Below, one piece after another: positions 41,257-50,596 of a DNA stretch of 64,000 nucleotides. Below the pieces are notes generated by a model. It worked only from the letters and a program-made list of their open reading frames with translations. It had not been told where the DNA came from and made no database searches. The DNA is taken from the IMG/VR virus record IMGVR_UViG_2925450510_000002; one strand, 5' to 3'. The stretch's first letter is position 1, and every line of letters begins with the position of its first letter. This DNA is from a virus (lineage: Duplodnaviria > Heunggongvirae > Uroviricota > Caudoviricetes). Made by a program: the position numbers and the translations under genes.

Positions 41257-41595
41257 TCACAGCGGTAGTTTTGTTTCGTGCCAGCCGTACATAACCCAGC
41301 ATGCGGCTTCCCCTGAGTGCGGGCATGATGCCACTGGCAGTTGATCTCCGCACTTGCCGCAGCGCCGTTTGCTGATGGCGTTAATCCGGCCGCGCACCCG
41401 GGCATCATCCTGGCGGATCAGCAGCGCGATGTACTCGGCCATTTCGTATGGATCGCGACCAGGGCGCCGGGCGGCGCAGTTCCGCGCCAGCATCTCTACT
41501 TCCTGCTCGTCGAGCACCAGTTCAATTTTGCGCTCACCGGCGGCGGACTGCCGCGCGCGCTGCGCGGCTTTGCGTTCTGCTGGGGATTTAGGCAT
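41257..41595 (-). CDS. hypothetical protein with C-terminal Cys cluster
   Basis: 112 aa, CGKCGD...CPHSGEAAC. Confidence 0.45.
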   Translation of the reverse strand: MPKSPAERKAAQRARQSAAGERKIELVLDEQEVEMLARNCAARRPGRDPYEMAEYIALLIRQDDARVRGRINAISKRRCGKCGDQLPVASCPHSGEAACWVMYGWHETKLPL

Positions 41596-41834
41596 CAGTC
41601 GTCATCCTCATCCCAATCGTCACCTTCCTCATCCTCTTCATCATCGCAGGATGCGAGCAGAGGATTCATCCGCCGCCCTACCTGGCTGGCGTAGCCGCGG
41701 CGACAGAGGTTGTGCAGCACGCTGTAAATTTCGAACATTTCGGTCCGCTCATCACCAATATCAAGCTCACAGGCCAGCGTGTGGCATTCAGTAGCGAGTG
41801 CCGATATCTTCTCAAGCAGTTCGACCTTATTCAC
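41595..41834 (-). CDS. small protein with a poly-acidic C-terminal tail (DDEEDEEGDDWDEDDD)
   Basis: 79 aa. Start overlaps the stop of the upstream gene. Confidence 0.45.
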   Translation of the reverse strand: MNKVELLEKISALATECHTLACELDIGDERTEMFEIYSVLHNLCRRGYASQVGRRMNPLLASCDDEEDEEGDDWDEDDD

Positions 41835-42495
41835 CTTTCACCTCCTGAGGGGCGGCTGGCAGCGGCATCCAGTGGGTTACGTTTTGCAACTTCAATCTGT
41901 CGCATGGCTCATAGCCATCAATGGTAAATCCATCATCAGAACTATACATAGCCTCGCCATAAACCTGATCTCCATCGAAAGCGATAACTGCCTCAAAATC
42001 TATCGGCATCTGCTCGCTTACCGGAATCCATTTACCCGGCACGGTAGCGGGTTCACTGCCGGGTGACTGAGGGGCGGCTGCGAGCATGGCGGCGCGGCAG
42101 GCGTTCCAGGAATCAGCGGCCGCATTTCGCTGGTCTTCATCCCACTGGAATACAGCGCGGTCACGACGCCTGGCACTGGCAAGAATTTCGATACTGTCCG
42201 GAGTGGCTTCTTCCGGCACTACCGGCGCTGGCTGCGCGTGGCGATAGAGCGGCTCAACCTCTCCCGCCAGGTCACCTCTACTGGCGAGATGCCACCGTTT
42301 ATCTGGCCCACTGCGCCAACGCCACGCCACCGGCTCGCTGTCCATCGCGGCCAGCGCCAGTTCAGCAAGCTGCAGGTCAGCCAATATTTCTTCGCGTGCG
42401 CTTTCGAATGCTTTCTGTCGTGATGCCATTTTCAGCGCTTTGACGTTTTCACGAGCGCGTTCGTGAAGCTGCGCTCTGGTTAATTTGCTGGTCAT
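41827..42495 (-). CDS. DUF551-family protein
   Basis: C-terminal ...VTHWMPLPAAP motif. Confidence 0.5.
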   Translation of the reverse strand: MTSKLTRAQLHERARENVKALKMASRQKAFESAREEILADLQLAELALAAMDSEPVAWRWRSGPDKRWHLASRGDLAGEVEPLYRHAQPAPVVPEEATPDSIEILASARRRDRAVFQWDEDQRNAAADSWNACRAAMLAAAPQSPGSEPATVPGKWIPVSEQMPIDFEAVIAFDGDQVYGEAMYSSDDGFTIDGYEPCDRLKLQNVTHWMPLPAAPQEVKGE

Positions 42496-42704
42496 TGGTT
42501 GGCTCCCCGTGAAATTTTGTGGCCCGGCGCATAGCAGCGCTGGCGGTCTTTGCTGATGCGCCAGCCAGCTTTGCGCGCCTGCTGAGAAATATCGGTCATA
42601 TTCCGGCCAATAAAATCAGCCTGCCCCTGCGGATAGATTTTCCCTGACTGACAACCATCACAGTCGCAGTAGAGGTCCGCGCAAAATCCTTCAGTGATAG
42701 CCAT
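42492..42704 (-). CDS. Cys-rich small zinc-binding protein
   Basis: 70 aa with 8 Cys (CADLYCDCDGCQSGK...). Confidence 0.45.
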   Translation of the reverse strand: MAITEGFCADLYCDCDGCQSGKIYPQGQADFIGRNMTDISQQARKAGWRISKDRQRCYAPGHKISRGANQ

Positions 42705-42875
42705 CTACTCATCCTCCCCGGTAATTTCGTGGTAGCCGTAATTGCATTGATTCAGGAAAATATCCTTAGCTTCTGCCGCAATCTCTTCATCGGTTGCATC
42801 ATCTTCAACTTCGAATATTTCCTCGAAATTTCCGCCAACAATCCCGGTCTCAATGGTCACTTTGAATTTACGCAT
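42705..42875 (-). CDS. small acidic protein, 56 aa (below the ORF-track threshold)
   Basis: ATGA and TAG/ATG couplings to both neighbours. MRKFKVTIETGIVGGNFEEIFEVEDDATDEEIAAEAK... Confidence 0.35.
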   Translation of the reverse strand: MRKFKVTIETGIVGGNFEEIFEVEDDATDEEIAAEAKDIFLNQCNYGYHEITGEDE

Positions 42876-43633
42876 CACTCAGCCTCCACCTTGATGCCAG
42901 CGGCAGACGAGAGTAACTCAAGCGCCAATCGCACTTGATGCTCAACTTCATCAGCTAATGGTGATTTGTAAGTATTCCTATAGTCCGGCAACTTCACAGT
43001 GACGGTGCGGGGTTCCAGGCATTCAGCAGGCTTAGTGCTCCAGCCGTGCCACCACATGAAGGCGCAGTAAGCGGCAACGTCGCGCGGATCACCTTTGGCG
43101 ATATGCTGGTGAAAGTGCGTCTGGCATTGACTTGGCCACCCATCCTGTTTCCAGTCCGCGTCGTAGCCGTATTTTAATTGGGCCTTGTACAGCTTCTCTG
43201 CTAGGGCAGTGCAGAAGTCGGTCACCAACTTCTGCGTATCCGGGTGAAGCTCGGATGGAATTACCGGTGCAGGCTTCACGGTGCGGGACTCCAGCTCGGC
43301 GATGCGAAACATCACGCGCCGTGATTTTTCTCTCTCCCGCTCAAGCTCTGCGTCCAGCTCGGCGATGCGCTTCTCTGCCGCTTCCGCCCTGGCCTCCTGC
43401 TCATGCGCTTCGCTCCATCCGCGATTGCAGTGAGCCTCCGTGGCTTGCGACTTCTCCAGCGCCTCTACCAATGCGAGAATGTTTTCCGGCGTCATTAACT
43501 CTTTGAATGTTTGCCTGGCAATGGTCGCCTTCACATATCGAGCTATATGGGCAGTCTCCTTGACGTCAGTTGCCGCCGCTTTCAGGCTCTGCGCCAGTTT
43601 GGTGATATCAGTTGTCATGCGGCACGCTCCCAT
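42875..43633 (-). CDS. coiled-coil hypothetical protein (Ea22-like class)
   Basis: 252 aa with a central coiled coil. Confidence 0.45.
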   Translation of the reverse strand: MGACRMTTDITKLAQSLKAAATDVKETAHIARYVKATIARQTFKELMTPENILALVEALEKSQATEAHCNRGWSEAHEQEARAEAAEKRIAELDAELEREREKSRRVMFRIAELESRTVKPAPVIPSELHPDTQKLVTDFCTALAEKLYKAQLKYGYDADWKQDGWPSQCQTHFHQHIAKGDPRDVAAYCAFMWWHGWSTKPAECLEPRTVTVKLPDYRNTYKSPLADEVEHQVRLALELLSSAAGIKVEAE

Positions 43634-44040
43634 TTCACGCCATTTTTCACCAACTGGCGGCAGTGCTGAATAATTTCAGCTCGCCCAACTTTGTTACCCA
43701 GCCTCCATGGGGAATAAAACTTCTCTTTATCAACCTCTTCCCCGGTTGAGTTTTCGGCGTCATACGCATACCCAATGCCATCCCAATCAGTGGTTTCATC
43801 GATTAGCCGGTTGTGGAGAATGTCAAACGCCTCTTGGCTATCTGCCTCCCCCCAATAGTCAACGGTGACGACTTCCCACGTCTGGTACCACATGCAGTTT
43901 GAATAAATCATCCCTTCGCCGCGTGACCACACTTCCCGTCGGTATTGGCGTGGCATAAGAGCAATCAAAATCTTCATGGCGGCGGTGTTAATTTTTTTCT
44001 CAATGCGCGGTTTTTCGTTGGTATAGCGTCGCTTGTTCAT
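43615..44040 (-). CDS. hypothetical protein
   Basis: 141-aa ORF. Confidence 0.45.
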   Translation of the reverse strand: MNKRRYTNEKPRIEKKINTAAMKILIALMPRQYRREVWSRGEGMIYSNCMWYQTWEVVTVDYWGEADSQEAFDILHNRLIDETTDWDGIGYAYDAENSTGEEVDKEKFYSPWRLGNKVGRAEIIQHCRQLVKNGVKWERAA

Positions 44041-44228
44041 TTGGCCCCCTCGCGCAGCTGCTTGGCAATATAATCCGCAAGTTCGCCTTTTTTATTTAGG
44101 TTTTGCATCTCAATCAGGTCGGACATTGCAAGTCCATTGGTCGGCGAGATAACAACAAAGTTACCGTTAACTTCAAACTGGCGACCTTGCTTCTCCATGC
44201 GTTTCACAAAATCAGCGACCTTTGACAT
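44037..44228 (-). CDS. hypothetical protein
   Basis: 63-aa ORF, coupled to its neighbours. Confidence 0.4.
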   Translation of the reverse strand: MSKVADFVKRMEKQGRQFEVNGNFVVISPTNGLAMSDLIEMQNLNKKGELADYIAKQLREGAK

Positions 44229-44622
44229 TTAACACCTCCAAAACGAAAGACTTCGCCCACTCGGCCTCTAGATGACATTCCATTGACACAAGATGCGCGG
44301 CAAACTCCTCCACCCCATCAGCCTTAATCCCGGCTACGATGCGATCGGTGGCGGGGGTTTGTACTGCCGTGACATTAGACCGGTGGTCATTCCATCCGCG
44401 CGCATATATCGGATTTATGGACATGCCGTCCTTCACGCAGTACCGCTGGCCACCACCATTGATAACTTCAATCTCTTCCGCAACGGCTGCCTTCAGCGCC
44501 ATATTCTCCGCAGCAAGCTGCTGGTACGATTTCGCCAGCTTCAGGAACTTCTGCTCTCTGATCGACAGCTCGCCCGCAGACTCCAGCGACCGAATGAGCT
44601 CGTTTACTGTTTCGATGTTCAT
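44212..44622 (-). CDS. hypothetical protein (start at MNIETV)
   Basis: ATGA overlap with the upstream small membrane ORF. Confidence 0.45.
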   Translation of the reverse strand: MNIETVNELIRSLESAGELSIREQKFLKLAKSYQQLAAENMALKAAVAEEIEVINGGGQRYCVKDGMSINPIYARGWNDHRSNVTAVQTPATDRIVAGIKADGVEEFAAHLVSMECHLEAEWAKSFVLEVLNVKGR

Positions 44623-44755
44623 GCTGTCACCCACTCGATCGCCAGATAAGCCACATACAGGACGGCGACGATTGCCACCCAACCAATGATGTTTGCCACC
44701 ATCACGAACAGCAGCAGTGACCGCCGACTGTAATTCACGAAATCAAAATCCATAC
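44621..44755 (-). CDS. small single-TM membrane peptide, about 44 aa
   Basis: MDFDFVNYSRRSLLLFVMVANIIGWVAIVAVLYVAYLAIEWVT. Below the track threshold. Confidence 0.3.
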
Positions 44756-44814
44756 TTACCCCCGCTTACCCGTTTAACTTATTGATTCAATTGATATCAA
44801 TGAAGATCGTTGTT

Positions 44815-45162
44815 TTAGAACTCTTCGACCTTCCACCCGCCGCCGGCTTTTGCCGGGAGCTTCGTTACTCCGATGATCCGGAATGGGTACTGGTCGGCGG
44901 CGACTTTGGTTTTCACCCTGGCATCGTCGGTCCAGTAACCCCCCTTCACTTCGTGCATTTCCAGTTGGCCGTTTGCCAGCATCACGGCGAAGTCAGGCGT
45001 GTAGAACGTGTTGTCAGCCAGACGCAGCTTGATGCCTTCGAACCGGTACCAGGCTATCTCCCCGTAGCGCTTACGCAGTTCAAGCTCTTGCGCATACGCC
45101 GTTTCGGTTTTGTTCATCTGGCCCGCTTTAAGCCGGCCTAGTGCCTGTACTGTCTTTCGCAT
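44815..45162 (-). CDS. DUF1064-family protein (putative nuclease / resolvase-like)
   Basis: KTETAYAQELELRKRYGEIAWYRFEG...YTPDFAV...EVKGGYW fits the DUF1064 pattern. Confidence 0.5.
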   Translation of the reverse strand: MRKTVQALGRLKAGQMNKTETAYAQELELRKRYGEIAWYRFEGIKLRLADNTFYTPDFAVMLANGQLEMHEVKGGYWTDDARVKTKVAADQYPFRIIGVTKLPAKAGGGWKVEEF

Positions 45163-45281
45163 GATTTTTACCTTATTGGTAATTTATAACCATAAACGGA
45201 TCAATATCAATAGTCTTGCGCATATTTTATTACCCTTTTGGTAAACATTAAGGCGTAAAAAAACGCGCTTCCGCGCCGGTA

Positions 45282-46067
45282 TTACTTGATGAGTCCTGCT
45301 GCCTTCCCTCGCCGGTATTCCTCCATCAGCCACTGTGCCGGGGTTATACCTCCGAGTGTCGCCGCGTTAGGCATGCATCCGAAGCTTCGACCTGGTGGAT
45401 GGTAGGTATTGCCACCGGGGTCTGGAGGGGTGCTTATAGGCTCTGGCTTCGACTGGATGCTCAGAATCGGATCAGGTATCTGATGACCTGCCGCGACCTT
45501 TGATGCCCATTCGTCAAGAAGCTTACGCGCATGTTTCTCAACTTCAATCTCACTTAACTGACGCTGGTACATCGCGCGCCTGGTATCGCACACAATCCAG
45601 TACATGACAGGGTGGCGCCACGGGAATTGTTCTGGTCCGCCAGGCTGTAGGCTTTTCTCCTTGGCGTAGCGGTGAAACTCCCCCATCACATCTTCGATGC
45701 TCACGCCAAGCACCATCTTGCTGTCTTTGCACCACTTGATGAATTGACCTGGTGACGGCCAGAACGGTGATTCACAGGCACGGGCATGGCGCATTCCTGC
45801 TGATACCTGCTCGCGGGTACGGATACCACCTTCGGCGAAAGCGGCGATCCACTGGCGCTTAGCGTCGGTCTCCTGCTGTGCGGTCTTAAGGTTGGTCTGC
45901 TCTGCTGCCGGAAACAGTTGCTTGAGCTGTTTAAACAGGGCATCGACAAGTCTCTCTGCGCTGATGTTCACAACATTGTCTTGCTGAGCCTGGTGATTGT
46001 CCGGACCCATCATGCGAGCCAGGGCGCCGGCATCACGATTCTGAATTGCTGCGAATACGTTACTCAT
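45282..46067 (-). CDS. replication protein P-like (helicase loader)
   Basis: KRQWIAAFAEGGIRTREQVSAGMRHARACESPFWPSPGQFIKWCKD parallels lambda P (RRQWVLAFRENGITTMEQVNAGMRVARRQNRPFLPSPGQFVAWCRE). Confidence 0.65.
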   Translation of the reverse strand: MSNVFAAIQNRDAGALARMMGPDNHQAQQDNVVNISAERLVDALFKQLKQLFPAAEQTNLKTAQQETDAKRQWIAAFAEGGIRTREQVSAGMRHARACESPFWPSPGQFIKWCKDSKMVLGVSIEDVMGEFHRYAKEKSLQPGGPEQFPWRHPVMYWIVCDTRRAMYQRQLSEIEVEKHARKLLDEWASKVAAGHQIPDPILSIQSKPEPISTPPDPGGNTYHPPGRSFGCMPNAATLGGITPAQWLMEEYRRGKAAGLIK

Positions 46068-46831
46068 AAGAAATCCTTCCAGCCTTCAGGGCTGTTCCAG
46101 TGTGGTACTTCATCGTCAGAGCTTTCACCGCGCTTTCCTGCCGCTCTTTTTTTCCTGTTCATCAGCAGCCGGGCAAACTTCTGCTCCCACTGCACGTGTT
46201 GCATCACATTGCCTTCTGCCATCCAGTAGGTGATGAATTCGATCAGATCTGATTTCTTGTAACCGTCAGCTGGTAGCGCATGGCCCCATGTTCTGGCGCG
46301 CATGACAAAGTCCTCTGACGGCTTCCAGTTTTCATGCATGGTGAATTTGCCAATTGGCTCTCCGATACCATCAACGACAACCGGAGGGACTTGAATTACT
46401 TCGCGCGCAGAGAGAGGGGTTTTTATTTCCCTGATCCCTGATCCCTGATCCATTCCTAATGGTACTTGTACCGTATCAGTACCGTACTCATACGGTACTA
46501 GGGGTAAACCTTTGATTTTGCTTTCTTTTGGCTTATTCACTACCTGATGTTTAAGGAAATTAGTTATGACCCCAAAATGCTTGCCATCAGGGGTGGAAAA
46601 CATGGATAAATAACCACAGTTGGAAAGCTCCCGTATTAGTACCGGAATAGGAACGGATGGTTCTCGGATAGGGAAAACTGCAGCTTTGATAAGCTTCGGG
46701 TTTGCATTGAAATAGCCTTCATCATCTGCGTAATTAAGCAGACCAATAGCCAACAAGCAGGCTGGTTCTGATACCTCTGCCATGTCTTCATCGGTCCAGA
46801 ACTCGGGCTTAATGGTGCGAATGCGGGCCAT
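46064..46831 (-). CDS. replication initiator / replisome organiser (O position)
   Basis: 255 aa, MARIRTIKPEFW N-terminus. Coupled upstream of the P-like gene. Confidence 0.45.
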   Translation of the reverse strand: MARIRTIKPEFWTDEDMAEVSEPACLLAIGLLNYADDEGYFNANPKLIKAAVFPIREPSVPIPVLIRELSNCGYLSMFSTPDGKHFGVITNFLKHQVVNKPKESKIKGLPLVPYEYGTDTVQVPLGMDQGSGIREIKTPLSAREVIQVPPVVVDGIGEPIGKFTMHENWKPSEDFVMRARTWGHALPADGYKKSDLIEFITYWMAEGNVMQHVQWEQKFARLLMNRKKRAAGKRGESSDDEVPHWNSPEGWKDFL

Positions 46832-47085
46832 CAGATCACCTCCACGGCATTACCTTTTGAGGCCTCATGCATTAGCCGTTTTATCTCAGCATGGCGGCGG
46901 CGGTTAGTCTCGAGGGTGCATTCGACACAATGCCCGTTGTATACCCATCGCTCACTGTCATGGCCGTGCTTACATTGCTTACCGGTGTAGTAGCGCTTTA
47001 GTCCTGCCTTTGCCGCTTCGACGCGAGTAATGATCTCCATAGTTCCTGTCTCACTCTGGTTGTGGTTACGGTAATTTTGCAGCAA
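46831..47085 (-). CDS. small Cys/His-rich hypothetical protein
   Basis: 84 aa, CKHGHD...CVEC. Confidence 0.4.
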   Translation of the reverse strand: MLQNYRNHNQSETGTMEIITRVEAAKAGLKRYYTGKQCKHGHDSERWVYNGHCVECTLETNRRRHAEIKRLMHEASKGNAVEVI

Positions 47086-47186
47086 GCCAAAAAAAGATCA
47101 ACCGTATTTGGATAATTATTACCGAATTGGTGTACAGGGAGAGGCAGGAGCCGCCTGGGGGTGGCGGCGAGGGTGAGTTTTGAGGA

Positions 47187-47420
47187 TTAACGTTCGTGGA
47201 ACCAGAGGACCAGGTCGGATTTTGCGGAGATCCACTTACGGGATTTGCAGGCTTTAAACAGTCTTTCTAACAGAGGCTTACGTGGAATTCTTCTACGGCC
47301 AGTCAGGTGAACCTGAATGTAGTGGCTGGTCGTGCCGGCGTCACTTGCGAACTCTTCACGCTCTGCCGGAGAGAGGTCGAGCCAGCAGCGTTTGAAGTCA
47401 AATTTTTGCACATCGCTCAT
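47187..47420 (-). CDS. Cro/CII-like small HTH regulator (start uncertain)
   Basis: HTH-like SDAGTTSHYIQVHLTGRRRIP. Divergent from the plus-strand repressor. Confidence 0.45.
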   Translation of the reverse strand: MSDVQKFDFKRCWLDLSPAEREEFASDAGTTSHYIQVHLTGRRRIPRKPLLERLFKACKSRKWISAKSDLVLWFHER

Positions 47421-47458
47421 ATTTTTTAGTCCCGGACTAACTTTAGACAGCCTGATTA

Positions 47459-47520
47459 TTACCAATCTGGTGTAAAAATCAATGACTGTTACCTTTTTGG
47501 TAAGTTTACCTTTATGGTAA
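47459..47520. promoter_or_regulatory. operator cluster: TTACC-N5-GGTAA palindromes (47489..47503, 47506..47520) and an imperfect copy (47459..47473)
   Basis: Perfect 15-bp palindromes TTACCTTTTTGGTAA and TTACCTTTATGGTAA between the divergent regulators. Confidence 0.5.
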
Positions 47521-47573
47521 TATTCTATTAAATTTAATCAGTTAGGTAACAATTCCAGGCTAAAAAAATAGAA

Positions 47574-48155
47574 ATGAAAAGCATCTACGACATAAGACGC
47601 GACAACCTCAATGAGATAATCCGGAAGGATTTCGATAACACGCAACTCCGGTTTGCCGAGAGAATCAAAAAATCAGCTAACCTCGTTAACAGGTGGAGCA
47701 AGGGGACAAAAAATATCGGCGCTAACGCGGCACGCGAGATCGAGTCGTTCGCCGGAAAAGGTCGTTTCTGGCTGGATATCGACCATCTGTCAGATACCCC
47801 GACGCTGCCGGAGATTATCGACCCGCAGGAATGGAGTGTGGAAAAGCAGGCAGCGTTTACCCTGGGTGTATGGATGGGACAGCATCCGGATCTGAACTCA
47901 GAGAAAAAGGTTTCGGAAGCGGCCGGTATCGGCCAGGCGACCGTAAATCGCATCCTGAACTGCGAAGGCTCCACCAGCATTGGCGTACTGTCGGCTATCG
48001 CCAGGGCGTTCGGCCGCGATGCATATGAGCTGATCCTGCCGCCTGGTAATGCTGGTCTGATTGACTATGACCACCATGAATACGCCGGGCTGCCGCAGGA
48101 AGAGAAAAACAAGATCACCGCCTTCATCAAGTTCATCGTCAGCCAGAACCAGTAA
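47574..48155 (+). CDS. phage B repressor candidate with two HTH domains and no peptidase domain
   Basis: N-terminal and C-terminal XRE-like HTH segments. No Ser-Lys peptidase motif. Confidence 0.55.
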   Translation: MKSIYDIRRDNLNEIIRKDFDNTQLRFAERIKKSANLVNRWSKGTKNIGANAAREIESFAGKGRFWLDIDHLSDTPTLPEIIDPQEWSVEKQAAFTLGVWMGQHPDLNSEKKVSEAAGIGQATVNRILNCEGSTSIGVLSAIARAFGRDAYELILPPGNAGLIDYDHHEYAGLPQEEKNKITAFIKFIVSQNQ

Positions 48156-48219
48156 GCCTCTAATCTACCTGTCAATGCTGCAATCCTGCCGGGGGGATAA
48201 CTTCCCGCGCCTCATACAT

Positions 48220-48372
48220 TTACCATTTTGGTAAACTTTTCCTCGTCACATCTATTGACTAATTCGAAAATTGATCAGATTATTACCTTAACGGTAACAG
48301 CAGGGCGTTGAATTACCAGAAACCCACCACCGGGTGGCTTTCTCATACCCCCTGACATTTACCAAATGGTAA
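48220..48372. promoter_or_regulatory. second operator cluster: TTACCATTTTGGTAA (48220), TTACCTTAACGGTAA (48283), TTACCAAATGGTAA (48359)
   Basis: Three palindromes upstream of the plus-strand recombination operon. Confidence 0.45.
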
Positions 48373-48379
48373 TAGTGAG

Positions 48380-49471
48380 GTGTGTATGCAATGGCAAATC
48401 ATTAACGGCTGGTACTGCGTTACGGCATGCGGGCTGATGAGTTGGAAGTTTCGCACGCTGCCGGAAGCAATCAGCTGGGGCGTTCGTCAGCAAACTGGCA
48501 GCAAAAACGGAAATGGGTATGGGGGTGAGAAAGTGACTGATTTAGCAATTATCGAAATCGCGCCAGACATGGCGCCGGCAATTTACGTTGAGAACGGGCT
48601 TGATTCCTTCCTGGAAAAGATCCGCGCCGGAGTAAACGAAGTTCCTGACCTGAGCACTGCAAAGGGACGGGCTCGTATTGCATCGCTGGCCGCACAGGTA
48701 TCACGCAGCAAAACTGCTGTAGAGAAACCTGGCAGGGATTACCTGAAGCGCCTCAAGGAGCAGCCAAAAGTGGTTGAAGCTGAATTGCGCCGCTTCGTCA
48801 CCGAATGCGATCAGCTGCGCGATGAAGTACGCCGCCCTCTTACCGAGTGGGAAGATGCTGAAAAGGCGCGCACCGAAGCACTGCAGCAGCGCCTTGTGGA
48901 TTTGCGTGCGCTGGCTGACGTGATCGACACCGCCGGTAACTACCTGCCTTCTGCTGATATTCAGGCGCGCATTCTGGAAGCTAAATCCGTGGTACTGGAT
49001 GACAGTTGGCAGGAACGTGCAACAGAGGCGGGCGTGGCTAAGGATTCAACTATTCAGCAACTGGAAGCGTCGCTGGTAATAGCGCAAAAGCGCGAACATG
49101 AAGCCGCCGAGCTTGATCGCCTGCGCAAAGAGGCAGAAGAAAAAGCACGCCTTGAGCGTGAAGAGAATATCCGCCGTGAAGCCGCTGAACAGGCTAAGCG
49201 TGATGCAGAGGAAAAGGCACAGGCTGAAATTGATGCTGCTATCGCAGCGGAGCGCCGCCGTCAGGAAGAAGCTGAATCAGCGCGCCTGGCTGACCAGAAG
49301 CGCATTGCGGAAGAAGAAGCGCGCCGGGCCGCTGATAAAGAGCACCGCCGCAGCATCAATCGACAGGCTATCGCAGACCTGATTGAAAGCGGCCTTACGC
49401 AGAAAATGGCAGAGAAGGCACTGATCGCCATCGCCAGCGGGAAGGTATCTGCAGTCTCTATCAAGTACTAA
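48380..49471 (+). CDS. DUF1351-like coiled-coil protein (recombination module; start uncertain)
   Basis: C-terminal charged coiled coil (EAEEKARLEREENIRREAAEQAKRDAEEKAQ). Confidence 0.45.
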   Translation: MCMQWQIINGWYCVTACGLMSWKFRTLPEAISWGVRQQTGSKNGNGYGGEKVTDLAIIEIAPDMAPAIYVENGLDSFLEKIRAGVNEVPDLSTAKGRARIASLAAQVSRSKTAVEKPGRDYLKRLKEQPKVVEAELRRFVTECDQLRDEVRRPLTEWEDAEKARTEALQQRLVDLRALADVIDTAGNYLPSADIQARILEAKSVVLDDSWQERATEAGVAKDSTIQQLEASLVIAQKREHEAAELDRLRKEAEEKARLEREENIRREAAEQAKRDAEEKAQAEIDAAIAAERRRQEEAESARLADQKRIAEEEARRAADKEHRRSINRQAIADLIESGLTQKMAEKALIAIASGKVSAVSIKY

Positions 49472-49472
49472 G

Positions 49473-49778
49473 GTGCGTATGAACACTCAGCAGATTAACA
49501 ACCTGAAAAAAATCATGACCAGCATCGACAGCAACTACCAGCTGAGCCAGATGCACTATGAGCGACAGGTGGAGCTGATCGACGCGATCAAATACCACCA
49601 GCTGCAGAAACCTTTCTACGAACTGGAGCGCAAAGGCGTGCGCACCGAGATTCTGGAAGAACTGATGATGAGCCCGGAATTCGAAGAAGTTCTAGCGGCG
49701 TACCAGGCCGCGCTGACCAGCATCATCGCGAAGTGGGATCTGGCTGACCAACTGGATACGGCGAGGAACGCGGCATGA
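49473..49778 (+). CDS. hypothetical protein
   Basis: 101 aa. Confidence 0.45.
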   Translation: MRMNTQQINNLKKIMTSIDSNYQLSQMHYERQVELIDAIKYHQLQKPFYELERKGVRTEILEELMMSPEFEEVLAAYQAALTSIIAKWDLADQLDTARNAA

Positions 49779-50596
49779 CACCAGGAATTTACTTCGATAT
49801 CAGCAACGAGGACTACCACGCCGGCGACGGCGTGAGTAAGTCACAGCTGGATATGGTGGCGCTGAGCCCGGCCCTTCTGCAGTGGCAGAAATCAGCACCG
49901 GTCGATACCGAAAAGCTGAAAGCTCTGGATATGGGAACTGCCCTGCACTGCCTGCTTCTGGAGCCGGAAGAGTTCGATAAGCGCTTCATCGTGGCGCCAC
50001 CCTTTAACCGTCGAACAAACCAGGGGAAAGCGGATGAAGCGGCTTTCATGAAGGATTGCGAGGGGAGCGGGAAAACAATTATGGAGGCGGAGCAGGATCG
50101 TCAGTTGAAACTGATGCGTGATAGCGCAATGGCGCACCCGGCAGCGCGCTGGCTGCTTGAGGCGGAAGGATTCTGCGAAGCCTCTCACTACTGGAAGGAT
50201 CCGGAGACTGGAGAGTTGTGCCGCATACGCCCGGACAAGCGCCTGAAGAATCACCCTGTCCTGCTGGACGTGAAGAAGGTTGCCGATATGGAGCGTTTCT
50301 CGCGCCACATTGAGGAATTCCGGTATCACGTACAGGACGCGATGTACCGCGAAGGTGCGCAGCAGACCACCGGCGATCCGCATGGATTCTTCTTCCTGGC
50401 AGTGAGCGAAACCATTGACTGCGGCCGCTACCCGGTGCGGGTGTTCGAACTGGATGCGCAGGACGTGGACACAGGGTATGCGCTCTACCGCCGGGATCTG
50501 AATACCTATCACCAGTGCCGAGAAACCGGAGACTGGGGTGGATTTGAAGTTATTAAACGCCCTGAGTGGGCACGCAAACAGGATATGTACGTATGA
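49775..50596 (+). CDS. PD-(D/E)XK exonuclease (YqaJ/DUF3799-like), RecT partner
   Basis: DISNEDYHAGDGVSKSQL...RPDKR...LLDVKK motifs. Confidence 0.6.
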   Translation: MTPGIYFDISNEDYHAGDGVSKSQLDMVALSPALLQWQKSAPVDTEKLKALDMGTALHCLLLEPEEFDKRFIVAPPFNRRTNQGKADEAAFMKDCEGSGKTIMEAEQDRQLKLMRDSAMAHPAARWLLEAEGFCEASHYWKDPETGELCRIRPDKRLKNHPVLLDVKKVADMERFSRHIEEFRYHVQDAMYREGAQQTTGDPHGFFFLAVSETIDCGRYPVRVFELDAQDVDTGYALYRRDLNTYHQCRETGDWGGFEVIKRPEWARKQDMYV

